The notes under the pieces: model-generated | Databases searched by the model: none | The model's input: only the letters and a program-made list of their open reading frames with translations | Told to the model about the DNA's origin: nothing | Assembly: GCA_022825825.1 (NCBI GenBank) | Contig: JAJDWA010000023.1 | Span: 104,424-168,423, forward strand | Direction: 5' to 3' | Length of the DNA stretch: 64,000 bases | Source: Candidatus Poribacteria bacterium | GTDB taxonomy: Bacteria > Poribacteria > WGA-4E > WGA-3G | Part shown: one piece after another, positions 48,909 through 58,051 of the stretch | Layout of the letters: each line of letters starts with the position of its first letter | How positions within the stretch are numbered: the first letter of the stretch is position 1 | Translations under genes and position numbers: made by a program

Positions 48909-49881
48909 AACATGTTACCTTTATTCTTTCTTGTGCGCGACTTGCCATCTCGGATTCAATCTCATACCCAATAAAATCTCTGCCTTCAAGTATAGCTGCG
49001 ACCCCAGTTGAACCTGAACCGGCGAAAGAATCAAGGACGAGAGCTCGGGGCGCGGAGAATATACGGATGAGGTGTTGCAGTAAATCGACAGGTTTTGCTG
49101 TCATGTGCCCATATCGTTCTTTTGGTTTATTTGACGGGATAACAGTTCCCGGAAATTGAGATGCGTTGATCAAAGGGTTGTTCACATCAATTAAGCCGGT
49201 TTCCCACTTATCCCAGTTATCCACAAAAGTGCCTTCTCTTGGGGCTTGTCCGAGGATTATCATTTCTCCTTGTGGCTTGAGCTGTGGTGTTTTCCGTCCG
49301 CCTATTTTATGGAGAAGCCTATCTTTTTCTTCAGCTGAGATCTTCCGCTTTCGGATAAAATGGTCTTGCGAGAATGCTTTTGCTTGCCCTTCATATCGCC
49401 ATATCAAAACGTCGCGTATTTCAAAGCCAGCGTCTTCTAATGCGATAGCAGTCCTATGTGCAAGTCGGTTCTGGCTAAAGACGAGGCAAAATCCGCCGGG
49501 GCGAATAACACGCATCCATTCTTCAGCAACAGGTGTGAGAAACTTTTGCAATTCTTGTCCCTGTTTGACAGAAAATTTCATCCCCGCCGGTAGTGAACCG
49601 ATAACACCTGGTTTCACTCGTGCTTTTAACTTTTGGGTGTTCCAATCATCCCCCATGCCATCAATGAAATAGGGTGGATCCGTAAGTATAAGAGAAATGG
49701 AATTCTCTTTAAGTTGCTTCATTCCGATCCGACAATCTTCATTTTCTATTATTGCTGATAAGTCATTATGAGCTACCGATGAACGGAATAACTTTTGCTG
49801 GCGCGCTGTAAATAGGTCTACGTCATCAATGACATTTTCATTTTTCACAATTGGGTATCTTCGTTTGTAATGGTAGAACAA
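48901..49881 (-). CDS. Site-specific DNA methyltransferase, beta class (DPPY)
   Basis: LTDPPY, HMTAKP, VLDSFAGSGST. Confidence 0.9.
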   Translation of the reverse strand: MFYHYKRRYPIVKNENVIDDVDLFTARQQKLFRSSVAHNDLSAIIENEDCRIGMKQLKENSISLILTDPPYFIDGMGDDWNTQKLKARVKPGVIGSLPAGMKFSVKQGQELQKFLTPVAEEWMRVIRPGGFCLVFSQNRLAHRTAIALEDAGFEIRDVLIWRYEGQAKAFSQDHFIRKRKISAEEKDRLLHKIGGRKTPQLKPQGEMIILGQAPREGTFVDNWDKWETGLIDVNNPLINASQFPGTVIPSNKPKERYGHMTAKPVDLLQHLIRIFSAPRALVLDSFAGSGSTGVAAILEGRDFIGYEIESEMASRAQERIKVTCYE

Positions 49882-49948
49882 ACCTTGAGTATTGATGAGA
49901 TACGTTATTAGTTAACGTTTCAGTTTCTGCTATCTTCAAGGATTGCTC

Positions 49949-50806
49949 TCATTCATCATCTACCTGAAAATCATCAAGTTGCTGTTGAAAGATCGACAAC
50001 TCCATTCCCGCCTCTTCACGTTTTGCCTCTATTTCAGTTTCAAGTTCCTGTAATCGAGTTTCCTGATGGATTATCAAATTGTCCACCTTATCAACTTTCT
50101 GCTTCGCCTTTGTAATATTTTCATAATTAGCGTATGTGCTGTTACAAAGTATCATTAACTCCCGATAATCTCTTATGCCTTGGTCTAATAGAGTCAAACC
50201 GCCATTTACATGTGTTAGTTCTACGCGATAACGCTCTAAGTCTGCTCCTGTTAAAAAACTGGAAAGTTTCTTCAATGCCTCGTTCAATTGGGTGAGCTGA
50301 ATTTGCTTTTCGGACCAGAGTATCTTTTTAGCAATACCTTCTACACTATCGTTATCAATTACTGGTGCATCATTTCTAAGATTTTCCTGAAGCTGTTTTT
50401 CTACATTAGCTAACATGGATTGTAGATTTCTTACATTTTTCTTAAATTCATTGCAATAATCACGAAATTGAGGAAGTTTGCCATGGAGTTCTTGATATTT
50501 CTGCTTGAGTTTTTCAACTTTTAAGATATAGGATGGATACTGAATCTTAAGATTCTTTGAGGTTTCAAACTTAAGTTTTCGTAATTTAGCTGGACTGGGA
50601 GATACTCTTTCCAAACTCATTAGACCGCATAGAGTTGCCATTGAACCTGAAAACGAGAGAAGCGCTGAACCAGCAAAAAACATGATGCTTTCTGCCGCTT
50701 GAGCTAATCCCAACCATCCTAATACACCGACAAAGGAACCACTACCAATGAGAAGCATCGGGAAGGACAAATATTTTTTTATTTCACCTTTGGCTTTGGA
50801 ATCCAT
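49949..50806 (-). CDS. Hypothetical protein: two N-terminal TMs plus long coiled coil
   Basis: 285 aa; hydrophobic N-terminus; heptads; AT-rich. Confidence 0.7.
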   Translation of the reverse strand: MDSKAKGEIKKYLSFPMLLIGSGSFVGVLGWLGLAQAAESIMFFAGSALLSFSGSMATLCGLMSLERVSPSPAKLRKLKFETSKNLKIQYPSYILKVEKLKQKYQELHGKLPQFRDYCNEFKKNVRNLQSMLANVEKQLQENLRNDAPVIDNDSVEGIAKKILWSEKQIQLTQLNEALKKLSSFLTGADLERYRVELTHVNGGLTLLDQGIRDYRELMILCNSTYANYENITKAKQKVDKVDNLIIHQETRLQELETEIEAKREEAGMELSIFQQQLDDFQVDDE

Positions 50807-50864
50807 ATTTATCTCCTGTGTGTAGCATAATACCCCAGCCTATCCTATCATGTGCAATCACAGT

Positions 50865-51395
50865 CTAAGGTTTTTCAGTTAAGAGGGTCCCAATTTGTTT
50901 TTTGAGTTCCGCATAAATCTCGGGTTTAAAATTCGCTTTCCGATGGAATTCGATTTTTCCCTGTGATGAAATCAGATACAAATTAGGTTTCTTTTTATCT
51001 GTCTGATAACGTTGATGTACTTGCCCTTTCCAATCAAGTAGGAATGTCACTGGTGGTGGTTTTCTCTTTAATCGGGACCGGATGAATCCTTTCGGTATAA
51101 ATCCTGGGACACTTCGCATATCTGCAATAATATAAGCGATGACCTGTTCGTTATCCTTATAATCTTTCTGAAATGCTTTTGCCCATTTGTCATCTTCTTT
51201 CCGTATTTTCCGATTTCCCATAATTAGAAAAACAAGTTTTCCACGCATCTTCTTTAAATTGTGCTCTTTTTCCTCGGCATCTTGAAGTGTAAAATTTGGT
51301 GCGACATCCCCTATTTTTGGGGGTTTGTCCTCCGCAAGGCTTGTAACACCTATTAACATAAGGCAAATGAGCAGACATGTAGTTACTTTTATCAT
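50865..51395 (-). CDS. Exported redoxin/AhpC-TSA-fold protein lacking CxxC
   Basis: KIGDVAPNFTLQD, FLLDWKG, PNLYLI. Confidence 0.75.
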   Translation of the reverse strand: MIKVTTCLLICLMLIGVTSLAEDKPPKIGDVAPNFTLQDAEEKEHNLKKMRGKLVFLIMGNRKIRKEDDKWAKAFQKDYKDNEQVIAYIIADMRSVPGFIPKGFIRSRLKRKPPPVTFLLDWKGQVHQRYQTDKKKPNLYLISSQGKIEFHRKANFKPEIYAELKKQIGTLLTEKP

Positions 51396-51495
51396 ACTTT
51401 TATTTTATCACAGGTAACAAATTAATGTCAAGCAGTGATTGACAGGGGTATTTAGTTTTCGGTTTTCTGTGCTTTTATCATATCCGTTAATGTTT

Positions 51496-51820
51496 CATAG
51501 TAAACCTAAATATGTGAATAACCTTGGTAGGAGCAGTTCCCTAACCATTCCATTTCGCCCATCCCCATCAGGATCGGTTGGGAAACCGCTCCTGATGCGT
51601 CAATTTAGCGGTCCACAGCCCTGGTAGGCGCGTTTTCATGAAGATTAATTTATTAATTCGGTAATATTTATTTTCCCAGGCCCGGTAGGTGCGGTTTCCT
51701 AACCGCACTGGATATAATTATGAAATTACCGAAATATTTATTTAAACTTCATGAAAACGCGCCTACCAGGGGACTAAATCGAGATTAGAAAGTCTACGGG
51801 ATTCATCAAACTCACGTTAT
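51496..51820. repeat. Cluster of nested MITE/REP-like repeats
   Basis: TAGT-type end at 51496; hairpin 51566-51597; perfect 25-bp IR 51619-51643/51747-51771 around REP 51684-51708; ATCAAACTCAC(G/A)TTA at 51805 and 43594. Confidence 0.75.
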
Positions 51821-52114
51821 CTTACAAAATTGGTTTGAATGTTCAAATTATGAACAGCAATGTTTATTTTTTAGCAGTATCTGCCGCAATTTCAGGAACG
51901 ATTTGTGATGGTTCTACGGCGCATCTGTTTACTGCAATTGGCATCATATTTGCTAATATATGTTTAGAAGACAATCAATCACGAAATTGCTGTTCCTCAT
52001 TTCACACAAAATGTCTTGAAAATTAGATTGAAAAATGCTAAAATTTAAACTATGTGTTCTATTTTATGTATAAGTTTTATTAAAACCTATATTCAAGGTA
52101 AAGAGGATATAAAA

Positions 52115-53077
52115 GTGATCAAAAAAATGATATATGCAGCGATGCTGTTTTTGATGTCTATCGCTACAGTGCACGGTCAGTATAATGGAGAATGTTGGGT
52201 TGTCAGTGGTGGTGAGACCGTTTATAAATTACATGCAAATGGCAAAGCAGATCCTGATGCTATTCAAGGTTTAACACATGCCAGTGCTGTACAGGTCAAT
52301 CCAGCTAATGGGATTGTTTGGATTGCGGCTTCAGCAGGAGATGCAGTCTTCAGATACGATCCAGCTACAGCCCAATTCACTCAAACCCCACCGATTAAAG
52401 CGCCTACTGGAATCTCTGTTAACCCCGCTGATGGCACCGTTTGGATCGCTGGACTTGATGGTGTGAGAAAGGTTTCTGCTGATGGAAAAAATATTCTTGC
52501 CCAAGTAATTCCACCCGACGGGCCTGCGAATCTTGACACGGGTAGATTCAATGTGGCTGTTAACCCGAAAGATGGGAGCTGCTGGATAACGGATGGAAAA
52601 GGTCCAATTGGACGTTATGACGCAAATGGGAATCTGCTTGCAAATGCTCCACCGCTGAACGAACCGAAAGGTGGTTTGTCAGTGGACTACCAAGGGAATG
52701 TCTGGATAGCAGATACACAAGGTAACACCGTTGTCCGTTACTCACCTAATGGTGAAGAATTGGTAAAGATAACCGATATTCCCAATCCTGTTTCACCGAG
52801 TGTTAATCCAAAAGATGGAAGTGTGTGGCTCGCAGGAAATAACAGTTTGTTGATCAATTTATCACCTACAGGCACAAAACTCAAAGAATTTACGGTTGGA
52901 GGGGCACTTGTTGCGGTTACCTATTCACCTGCAGACGGTGAGATTTGGATTGCAGACATGTTTAGTGAAACGTTCCAGGGACAGGTCAGCAAATGGACGG
53001 CGAATGGTGTAAAGCGTTTTGGAAATGCTATCCCGAATCCCTCTACCGTTTCAATTGGATTTTGGGAAGGGAATTGA
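52115..53077 (+). CDS. Secreted NHL/Vgb-like beta-propeller protein
   Basis: Signal peptide; repeated VNPxDGxxWIA blades; start placed at GTG 52115. Confidence 0.8.
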   Translation: MIKKMIYAAMLFLMSIATVHGQYNGECWVVSGGETVYKLHANGKADPDAIQGLTHASAVQVNPANGIVWIAASAGDAVFRYDPATAQFTQTPPIKAPTGISVNPADGTVWIAGLDGVRKVSADGKNILAQVIPPDGPANLDTGRFNVAVNPKDGSCWITDGKGPIGRYDANGNLLANAPPLNEPKGGLSVDYQGNVWIADTQGNTVVRYSPNGEELVKITDIPNPVSPSVNPKDGSVWLAGNNSLLINLSPTGTKLKEFTVGGALVAVTYSPADGEIWIADMFSETFQGQVSKWTANGVKRFGNAIPNPSTVSIGFWEGN

Positions 53078-53177
53078 TTTAGTTTTAGCGATGATTGGAA
53101 ACGAGCAGTCGGTATAAATCGAGCTAACAAAGTACTCTTACAAGAGAATTTATTGCTGATAATATGGGAGGTGTGTT

Positions 53178-55577
53178 ATGAAAATGAAAAGATTAGTCGC
53201 TTTCACAATCGGAATGTTTTTTATTGCTATTATTGGAAATGCGAACGCACAACTTCCAGATTTTCAGATAGAGGCCAAGAATATTATCTTCTCTAATCCG
53301 ACACCTGTTGAAGGGGAAGAAATTACAGTTTGGATTGAAATAAAAAACGTTGGAACTGGAACACCTACGATGAATGAAGATTTAGTAGTTGATCTTTATG
53401 AGGGTGATCCAGCGACTAATCCGCTCCAGATTTTATGTAATGATGTTATTTTGGATTTGGAACCTGGAGAAACGGATCGTATAGAGGCACAGTGGCAGCC
53501 GCCTGTTGGTAAGACTGAGATATATGCTATCGTCAACCCCACAGGTGATTTACATATTGAAGAATCTAACAAAGAGAACAATGTTGCACATGCTGCAATA
53601 GTCGCTTCCGCCAAAACGTTCCCTAAAGTAACACCAGACCAAATTCAGGCATCTATTGACCGAGGTATTGCATGGATAGAAGCACGACAAGGTAAAAGTA
53701 GCCGAACTTGTTTGCAATGTGGCATCGAAAACCAAATGATTTTAGTGTGTGTTATCTGTCGTGCAAGTCTGAAAGGTTTAGCAGTAAACTTTATACCGGG
53801 TTCTGTCTGGAATTTTGGTGAGGATCCAATACAGGAGACTTCATTGGCATTGCAGGCTTTGCTTGCAGCAGGACGCACCCCGGCTGACTTATCTGTTCAA
53901 AAAGGTCTTGCATACCTTCTTGAACGGGATTGGAATGAGCTTGATGTGTACCAATATGCTGTACTCGTTCCGGTATTGGTGGCGATACAGGACCCGGCTT
54001 ATCGGGAACGCGCGCAATTTGCAGTGAACCAGCTTGTAAAAAAACAACTGCCTGTTCCCGGTGATGAGTTTGATGATCCGAGAGATGACGGCGGGTGGGG
54101 TTATGGTTACTCAGCAGATGGTGCACACATGAACATGGTAATTTACGCGCTTTATGCTGCGAAGCAGTGGGGACTTGAGATTCCACAAGATACATGGGCA
54201 CGCGCTGAGAATTGGATTCGGCGGAATCAGACCGAGACCGGTGGATGGCTTTATAATTTAGTTGAAGAAGGTTCACTTTGGGGAATAGGGGTTTACGGCA
54301 GCATGACCGCGACAGGTTTGTGGGCACTTCGTGCCTGCGGTGTTTCCATTGATGATCCCCAAGTGCGAAAAGGTATTGATTGGATAAGGACACACTGGTC
54401 GCTTACCCGAAATCCAGGATCTACTTCATGGCTTTATTATTATCTCCTTTCCCTGCAACGTTTTAGTGATATTCCACCAAAGGTAGAGAAGTTAGCTGGT
54501 CATGACTGGTACAACGAAATCGCGAGTATGATGGTCACAGAACAAAGAGCGGACGGTAGTTGGGATAGTCCTGGGGCGGCGACAGATTTTATGTCAACCT
54601 GTTTTGCAGTGATGTTCTTGAGCCGTGCACTTGTTGGTCCCACTGCACCAAATATTGGTGTAGTACCACAAAGTTTGCGGTATTCACCGCCAGCTCCTCG
54701 CGTTGGTGAAGCCGTTAAATTGAGTGCAACACTTAGGAATACAGGCACCCCTTTTGATAAAACGCTGAATGTTAAGTTTTATGCTGACAATACAGAAGTG
54801 CAAACAGCAGAGGTTTTCTGGACATCCTCCCTCAATGAGTCCGTAGCTTCAATTGACTGGGTACCAAAACAGGAAGGTGAAACGGAGATTTCTGTTTACG
54901 TGGACTTTGAGGATACAGATGAAAGCGATAATACGGAATCTGTAACGCTGAATATCCATCCAAAATCTACTGCTGCTACGGACGCAAAACTGGTAGATAT
55001 TAAGAAAATCTCTGACAATGTGTTTCAGATGGGAACTGTCGTTGTTGATACCCATAAAAAGGAGATAACTGTCCCTGGCGAAATTAACATTGCAAGTGGT
55101 GATACAATAATTGAATTCTTTGCTTGTGGGACACGCGGGCCATCCCATGAAAGTATCTTAATGCTTGATACCGAACCACTTTTTCTTTTTACAGCACTCG
55201 GTTTGTTAGACCTTGAAGCAGGCATGAATCTTGAAGTTCAAGGTGATCCACGCAATCCTGAGGGGTCTCACGTACAGATATGGGTTGAATGGCAACACGG
55301 AGGAAAAGTTGTTTCTCGCCCGGCACGAGACTTGGTGTGGAATACAATGGCTGGACAACCGATGCAAAAAACGCATTGGGTTTTCACCGGCGGACGAAAA
55401 AGAAAAAACCAACTAACTTCCCAACTTACTCATAATATTATTGCAGTATACCGCGATCCTGACTCACTAATCAATAATCCATTACCCGGTGGCACTGATG
55501 ATCGTACCTATCTTGTCAATACTGATGTGGTTCCACCCAAAGGCACAAAAGTTAAGGTCATCATTCGTCCGATATAA
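53178..55577 (+). CDS. Secreted multidomain protein: CARDB + prenyltransferase/squalene-cyclase-like repeats + CARDB + YdjY-like domain
   Basis: IKNVG..IEESNKENN; DGGWGY, QTETGGWLY, QRADGSW; HESIL..WVFTG..VPPKGT. Confidence 0.7.
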   Translation: MKMKRLVAFTIGMFFIAIIGNANAQLPDFQIEAKNIIFSNPTPVEGEEITVWIEIKNVGTGTPTMNEDLVVDLYEGDPATNPLQILCNDVILDLEPGETDRIEAQWQPPVGKTEIYAIVNPTGDLHIEESNKENNVAHAAIVASAKTFPKVTPDQIQASIDRGIAWIEARQGKSSRTCLQCGIENQMILVCVICRASLKGLAVNFIPGSVWNFGEDPIQETSLALQALLAAGRTPADLSVQKGLAYLLERDWNELDVYQYAVLVPVLVAIQDPAYRERAQFAVNQLVKKQLPVPGDEFDDPRDDGGWGYGYSADGAHMNMVIYALYAAKQWGLEIPQDTWARAENWIRRNQTETGGWLYNLVEEGSLWGIGVYGSMTATGLWALRACGVSIDDPQVRKGIDWIRTHWSLTRNPGSTSWLYYYLLSLQRFSDIPPKVEKLAGHDWYNEIASMMVTEQRADGSWDSPGAATDFMSTCFAVMFLSRALVGPTAPNIGVVPQSLRYSPPAPRVGEAVKLSATLRNTGTPFDKTLNVKFYADNTEVQTAEVFWTSSLNESVASIDWVPKQEGETEISVYVDFEDTDESDNTESVTLNIHPKSTAATDAKLVDIKKISDNVFQMGTVVVDTHKKEITVPGEINIASGDTIIEFFACGTRGPSHESILMLDTEPLFLFTALGLLDLEAGMNLEVQGDPRNPEGSHVQIWVEWQHGGKVVSRPARDLVWNTMAGQPMQKTHWVFTGGRKRKNQLTSQLTHNIIAVYRDPDSLINNPLPGGTDDRTYLVNTDVVPPKGTKVKVIIRPI

Positions 55578-55635
55578 CTACAGATGAAACGTATAATTAT
55601 TTCGAATCGAATAATTAACCATAAAAGGAAAAACA

Positions 55636-55818
55636 ATGCCTATTTTTGAATATCATTGCAATAAATGTGAGACTAAGTTTGAAGTGCTACAACGGACAAA
55701 TGATACAAAGAAACCTTTGGAATGCCCTAACTGTGGCACACAAGATACAAAAAAACGTTTTTCAGCGTTTGCAGCGATGGGTACTCCAAAAGAAACTACT
55801 CAGGATAGTGGAACCTGA
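55636..55818 (+). CDS. FmdB family zinc-ribbon protein
   Basis: MPIFEYHCNKC...CPNCG. Confidence 0.88.
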   Translation: MPIFEYHCNKCETKFEVLQRTNDTKKPLECPNCGTQDTKKRFSAFAAMGTPKETTQDSGT

Positions 55819-55847
55819 GCAGTTCCAAATTAGAGACAGTTGTTCTC

Positions 55848-57245
55848 ATGAAACAGAAACCTGTAAATATTCTTCGTGAAATCGGAGGAAACAAAATTGC
55901 CCCTGTTTATCTACTCTGTGGTAAAGAGACTTTCCTTATTGAAGGGACGCTCAAACAGATGTTGGATAAACTCCTGCCTTCTGATACCCGCGATTTCAAC
56001 CTGACATTTTTAGATGGTAATGCCGTCACTGTCAAAGACATTCTCAGTAATGTTGAGACCTACCCGATGATGTCAAAATGGCGGGTGATTGTTGTAGAAG
56101 ATTTTCCGGCATTTAAGTCGCAAAAACGAAGCACCTCACCACTAAATACCATTCGTAATGCTATGCAAATTGAAACCGAGGATACTCAAAAGTGTGTTAC
56201 GGATATTTCCAAACTGCTCGGTATCTCTGTACAGCAGATAACAGATCAGAATGCCGATTTCCACAGTGCTATAGAAGAGATGCATGAAACATTGGCAGAT
56301 GGTTTAACCGAAGATGTAAAAACTTTTTTTGGACGTTTGCCCGAACTTGCCGCACAAGTAGAGGTTGTTTCGGAGAATAGTAGCAATGATGAAAATGTGG
56401 ATGTGTTGTTGGAATGGCTCCAAGGTGATCTTCCTAAAACGAGTGTACTGATTTTTACGGTAAAGGGTGAGGTAAGTGAGAGAAACCGATTTGCTAAAGC
56501 GATTCAAGAAGTGGGTAGGTACGTCTCTTTCGATCCTTTGGAAAAAGGAGGTTCACTCAACCGAGATCCGCTTTACAAAAAGGTAGTGGAAAAGTTTGCG
56601 ACATACGATAAAAAAATTACACCGCGCGCGTTTGAACAACTCCGCAGCCGAACCGGTGGTGATATGCACATAATTGCGGAGGCAATCAACAAAATTATCA
56701 ACTTTGTCGGTGATAAACAGCAAATAGATGAACGTGATGTTCGTAATTTGGTAACGCAGAGCGCTTTTGACAAAATTTTTGACCTTACCGATGCTATTGG
56801 AAAACGTTCAACTCGACAAGCTTTGAAAAGCCTGCGCGAAGTATTAGCAAGCGGTCAAGAACCAATCCCACTCACTGCATCAATTGCAAGCCACCTTCGC
56901 CTAACTCTGCAAGCTAAGTTAATCGTTGGCAAAAAAGGAATCAAACCGATAAGTAACCAGATGCGCTATCCTGATTTTACAGCCAAAATCTTTCAACCGC
57001 TTGCTGAAGAAATGGGGGATATCTTACCTAATTCAGCGTCTTATAACATTCTGAAACGAAATCCTTACATTGCGTTCAAGGTATTTCAAACGTTACACGG
57101 TTTCACAGTCGAAGAATTGATGACTGCTTTAGAAAAAGCATTGGAAGTGGAAATTCAAATGAAGACAACTCCATTTGATAAGGAAGTGCTTTTGGAACAG
57201 TTGGTATACGATATTTGCAACAGTTCACAGCATCGGTGGAATTAA
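55848..57245 (+). CDS. holA: DNA polymerase III delta subunit
   Basis: PVYLLCGKETFL, DFNLTFLDG, YPMMSKWRVIVV, IFDLTDAI. Confidence 0.85.
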   Translation: MKQKPVNILREIGGNKIAPVYLLCGKETFLIEGTLKQMLDKLLPSDTRDFNLTFLDGNAVTVKDILSNVETYPMMSKWRVIVVEDFPAFKSQKRSTSPLNTIRNAMQIETEDTQKCVTDISKLLGISVQQITDQNADFHSAIEEMHETLADGLTEDVKTFFGRLPELAAQVEVVSENSSNDENVDVLLEWLQGDLPKTSVLIFTVKGEVSERNRFAKAIQEVGRYVSFDPLEKGGSLNRDPLYKKVVEKFATYDKKITPRAFEQLRSRTGGDMHIIAEAINKIINFVGDKQQIDERDVRNLVTQSAFDKIFDLTDAIGKRSTRQALKSLREVLASGQEPIPLTASIASHLRLTLQAKLIVGKKGIKPISNQMRYPDFTAKIFQPLAEEMGDILPNSASYNILKRNPYIAFKVFQTLHGFTVEELMTALEKALEVEIQMKTTPFDKEVLLEQLVYDICNSSQHRWN

Positions 57246-57311
57246 TTTGGAAAGATTCTATCGCCTATCAAAGACAGAAACTGCTAAGTTGGATGCTGAC
57301 TGTGATAACCA

Positions 57312-58043
57312 TCAATGCGTAAGTGAATAAATAACAGCGTTAATACCTATTTTCAGTGCAATGTTGGAATACTCGCGCGGATAATAATCCTCTGCAGCAT
57401 GTTCCCATGCATCTCCAAGGTCCGAATTAAAACATATCAACATCATGAGTCTCCCCTTATCATCAAATACGCCCATATATCGTGCAGGATGTCCGTCGTA
57501 GCGTTCATAAGTCTGTCCACTGAAGAGCGCGCGGAGACCAGGAATCTGTATCAATTTTTCGATTTTAAAGAAACACCGGAAAATGGGATGTGATACAGGG
57601 ATGTCCACCGGTTCTCTGTTTGGAAAGATTTTTTTGAATTCTGTATAAAACCACTTCCACTCCATCCCACCGTGAAAGTCATCAACAAAAATGAACCCGC
57701 CACGTAAGAGATATTCACGTAGGTTCTTAGCTTCTGCCTTGCTAAGCCGCATACTCCCAACTTCTAATATGTAGGCAAACGGATAATCGAATAACTCCTC
57801 CGACCAGACTGCAACTTTCTTACTATCGGGGGCAACATCTATACTCGTCTGCTTTCGGAGTTGGTAGATAAAATTACGATCAGAAGCAGGATAATCTACT
57901 TCCCAATTACTTAGCTGGGTGAGTTTGCCCCGATATTGCAGGCGAACAAAGGTAAATTCATGCTCCTGATTTGCCTGCGAATTTCGGAGTGTATTAGGGA
58001 AGAACGTCGTGATGAAGAAGGTTAATAAGATTATAATTCGCAT
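57312..58043 (-). CDS. DUF4159 domain protein (exported)
   Basis: FTFVRLQY, DYPASD, LREYLLRGGFIFVDDFHG, NSDLGDAWE. Confidence 0.88.
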   Translation of the reverse strand: MRIIILLTFFITTFFPNTLRNSQANQEHEFTFVRLQYRGKLTQLSNWEVDYPASDRNFIYQLRKQTSIDVAPDSKKVAVWSEELFDYPFAYILEVGSMRLSKAEAKNLREYLLRGGFIFVDDFHGGMEWKWFYTEFKKIFPNREPVDIPVSHPIFRCFFKIEKLIQIPGLRALFSGQTYERYDGHPARYMGVFDDKGRLMMLICFNSDLGDAWEHAAEDYYPREYSNIALKIGINAVIYSLTH

Positions 58044-58051
58044 ATTTTATC

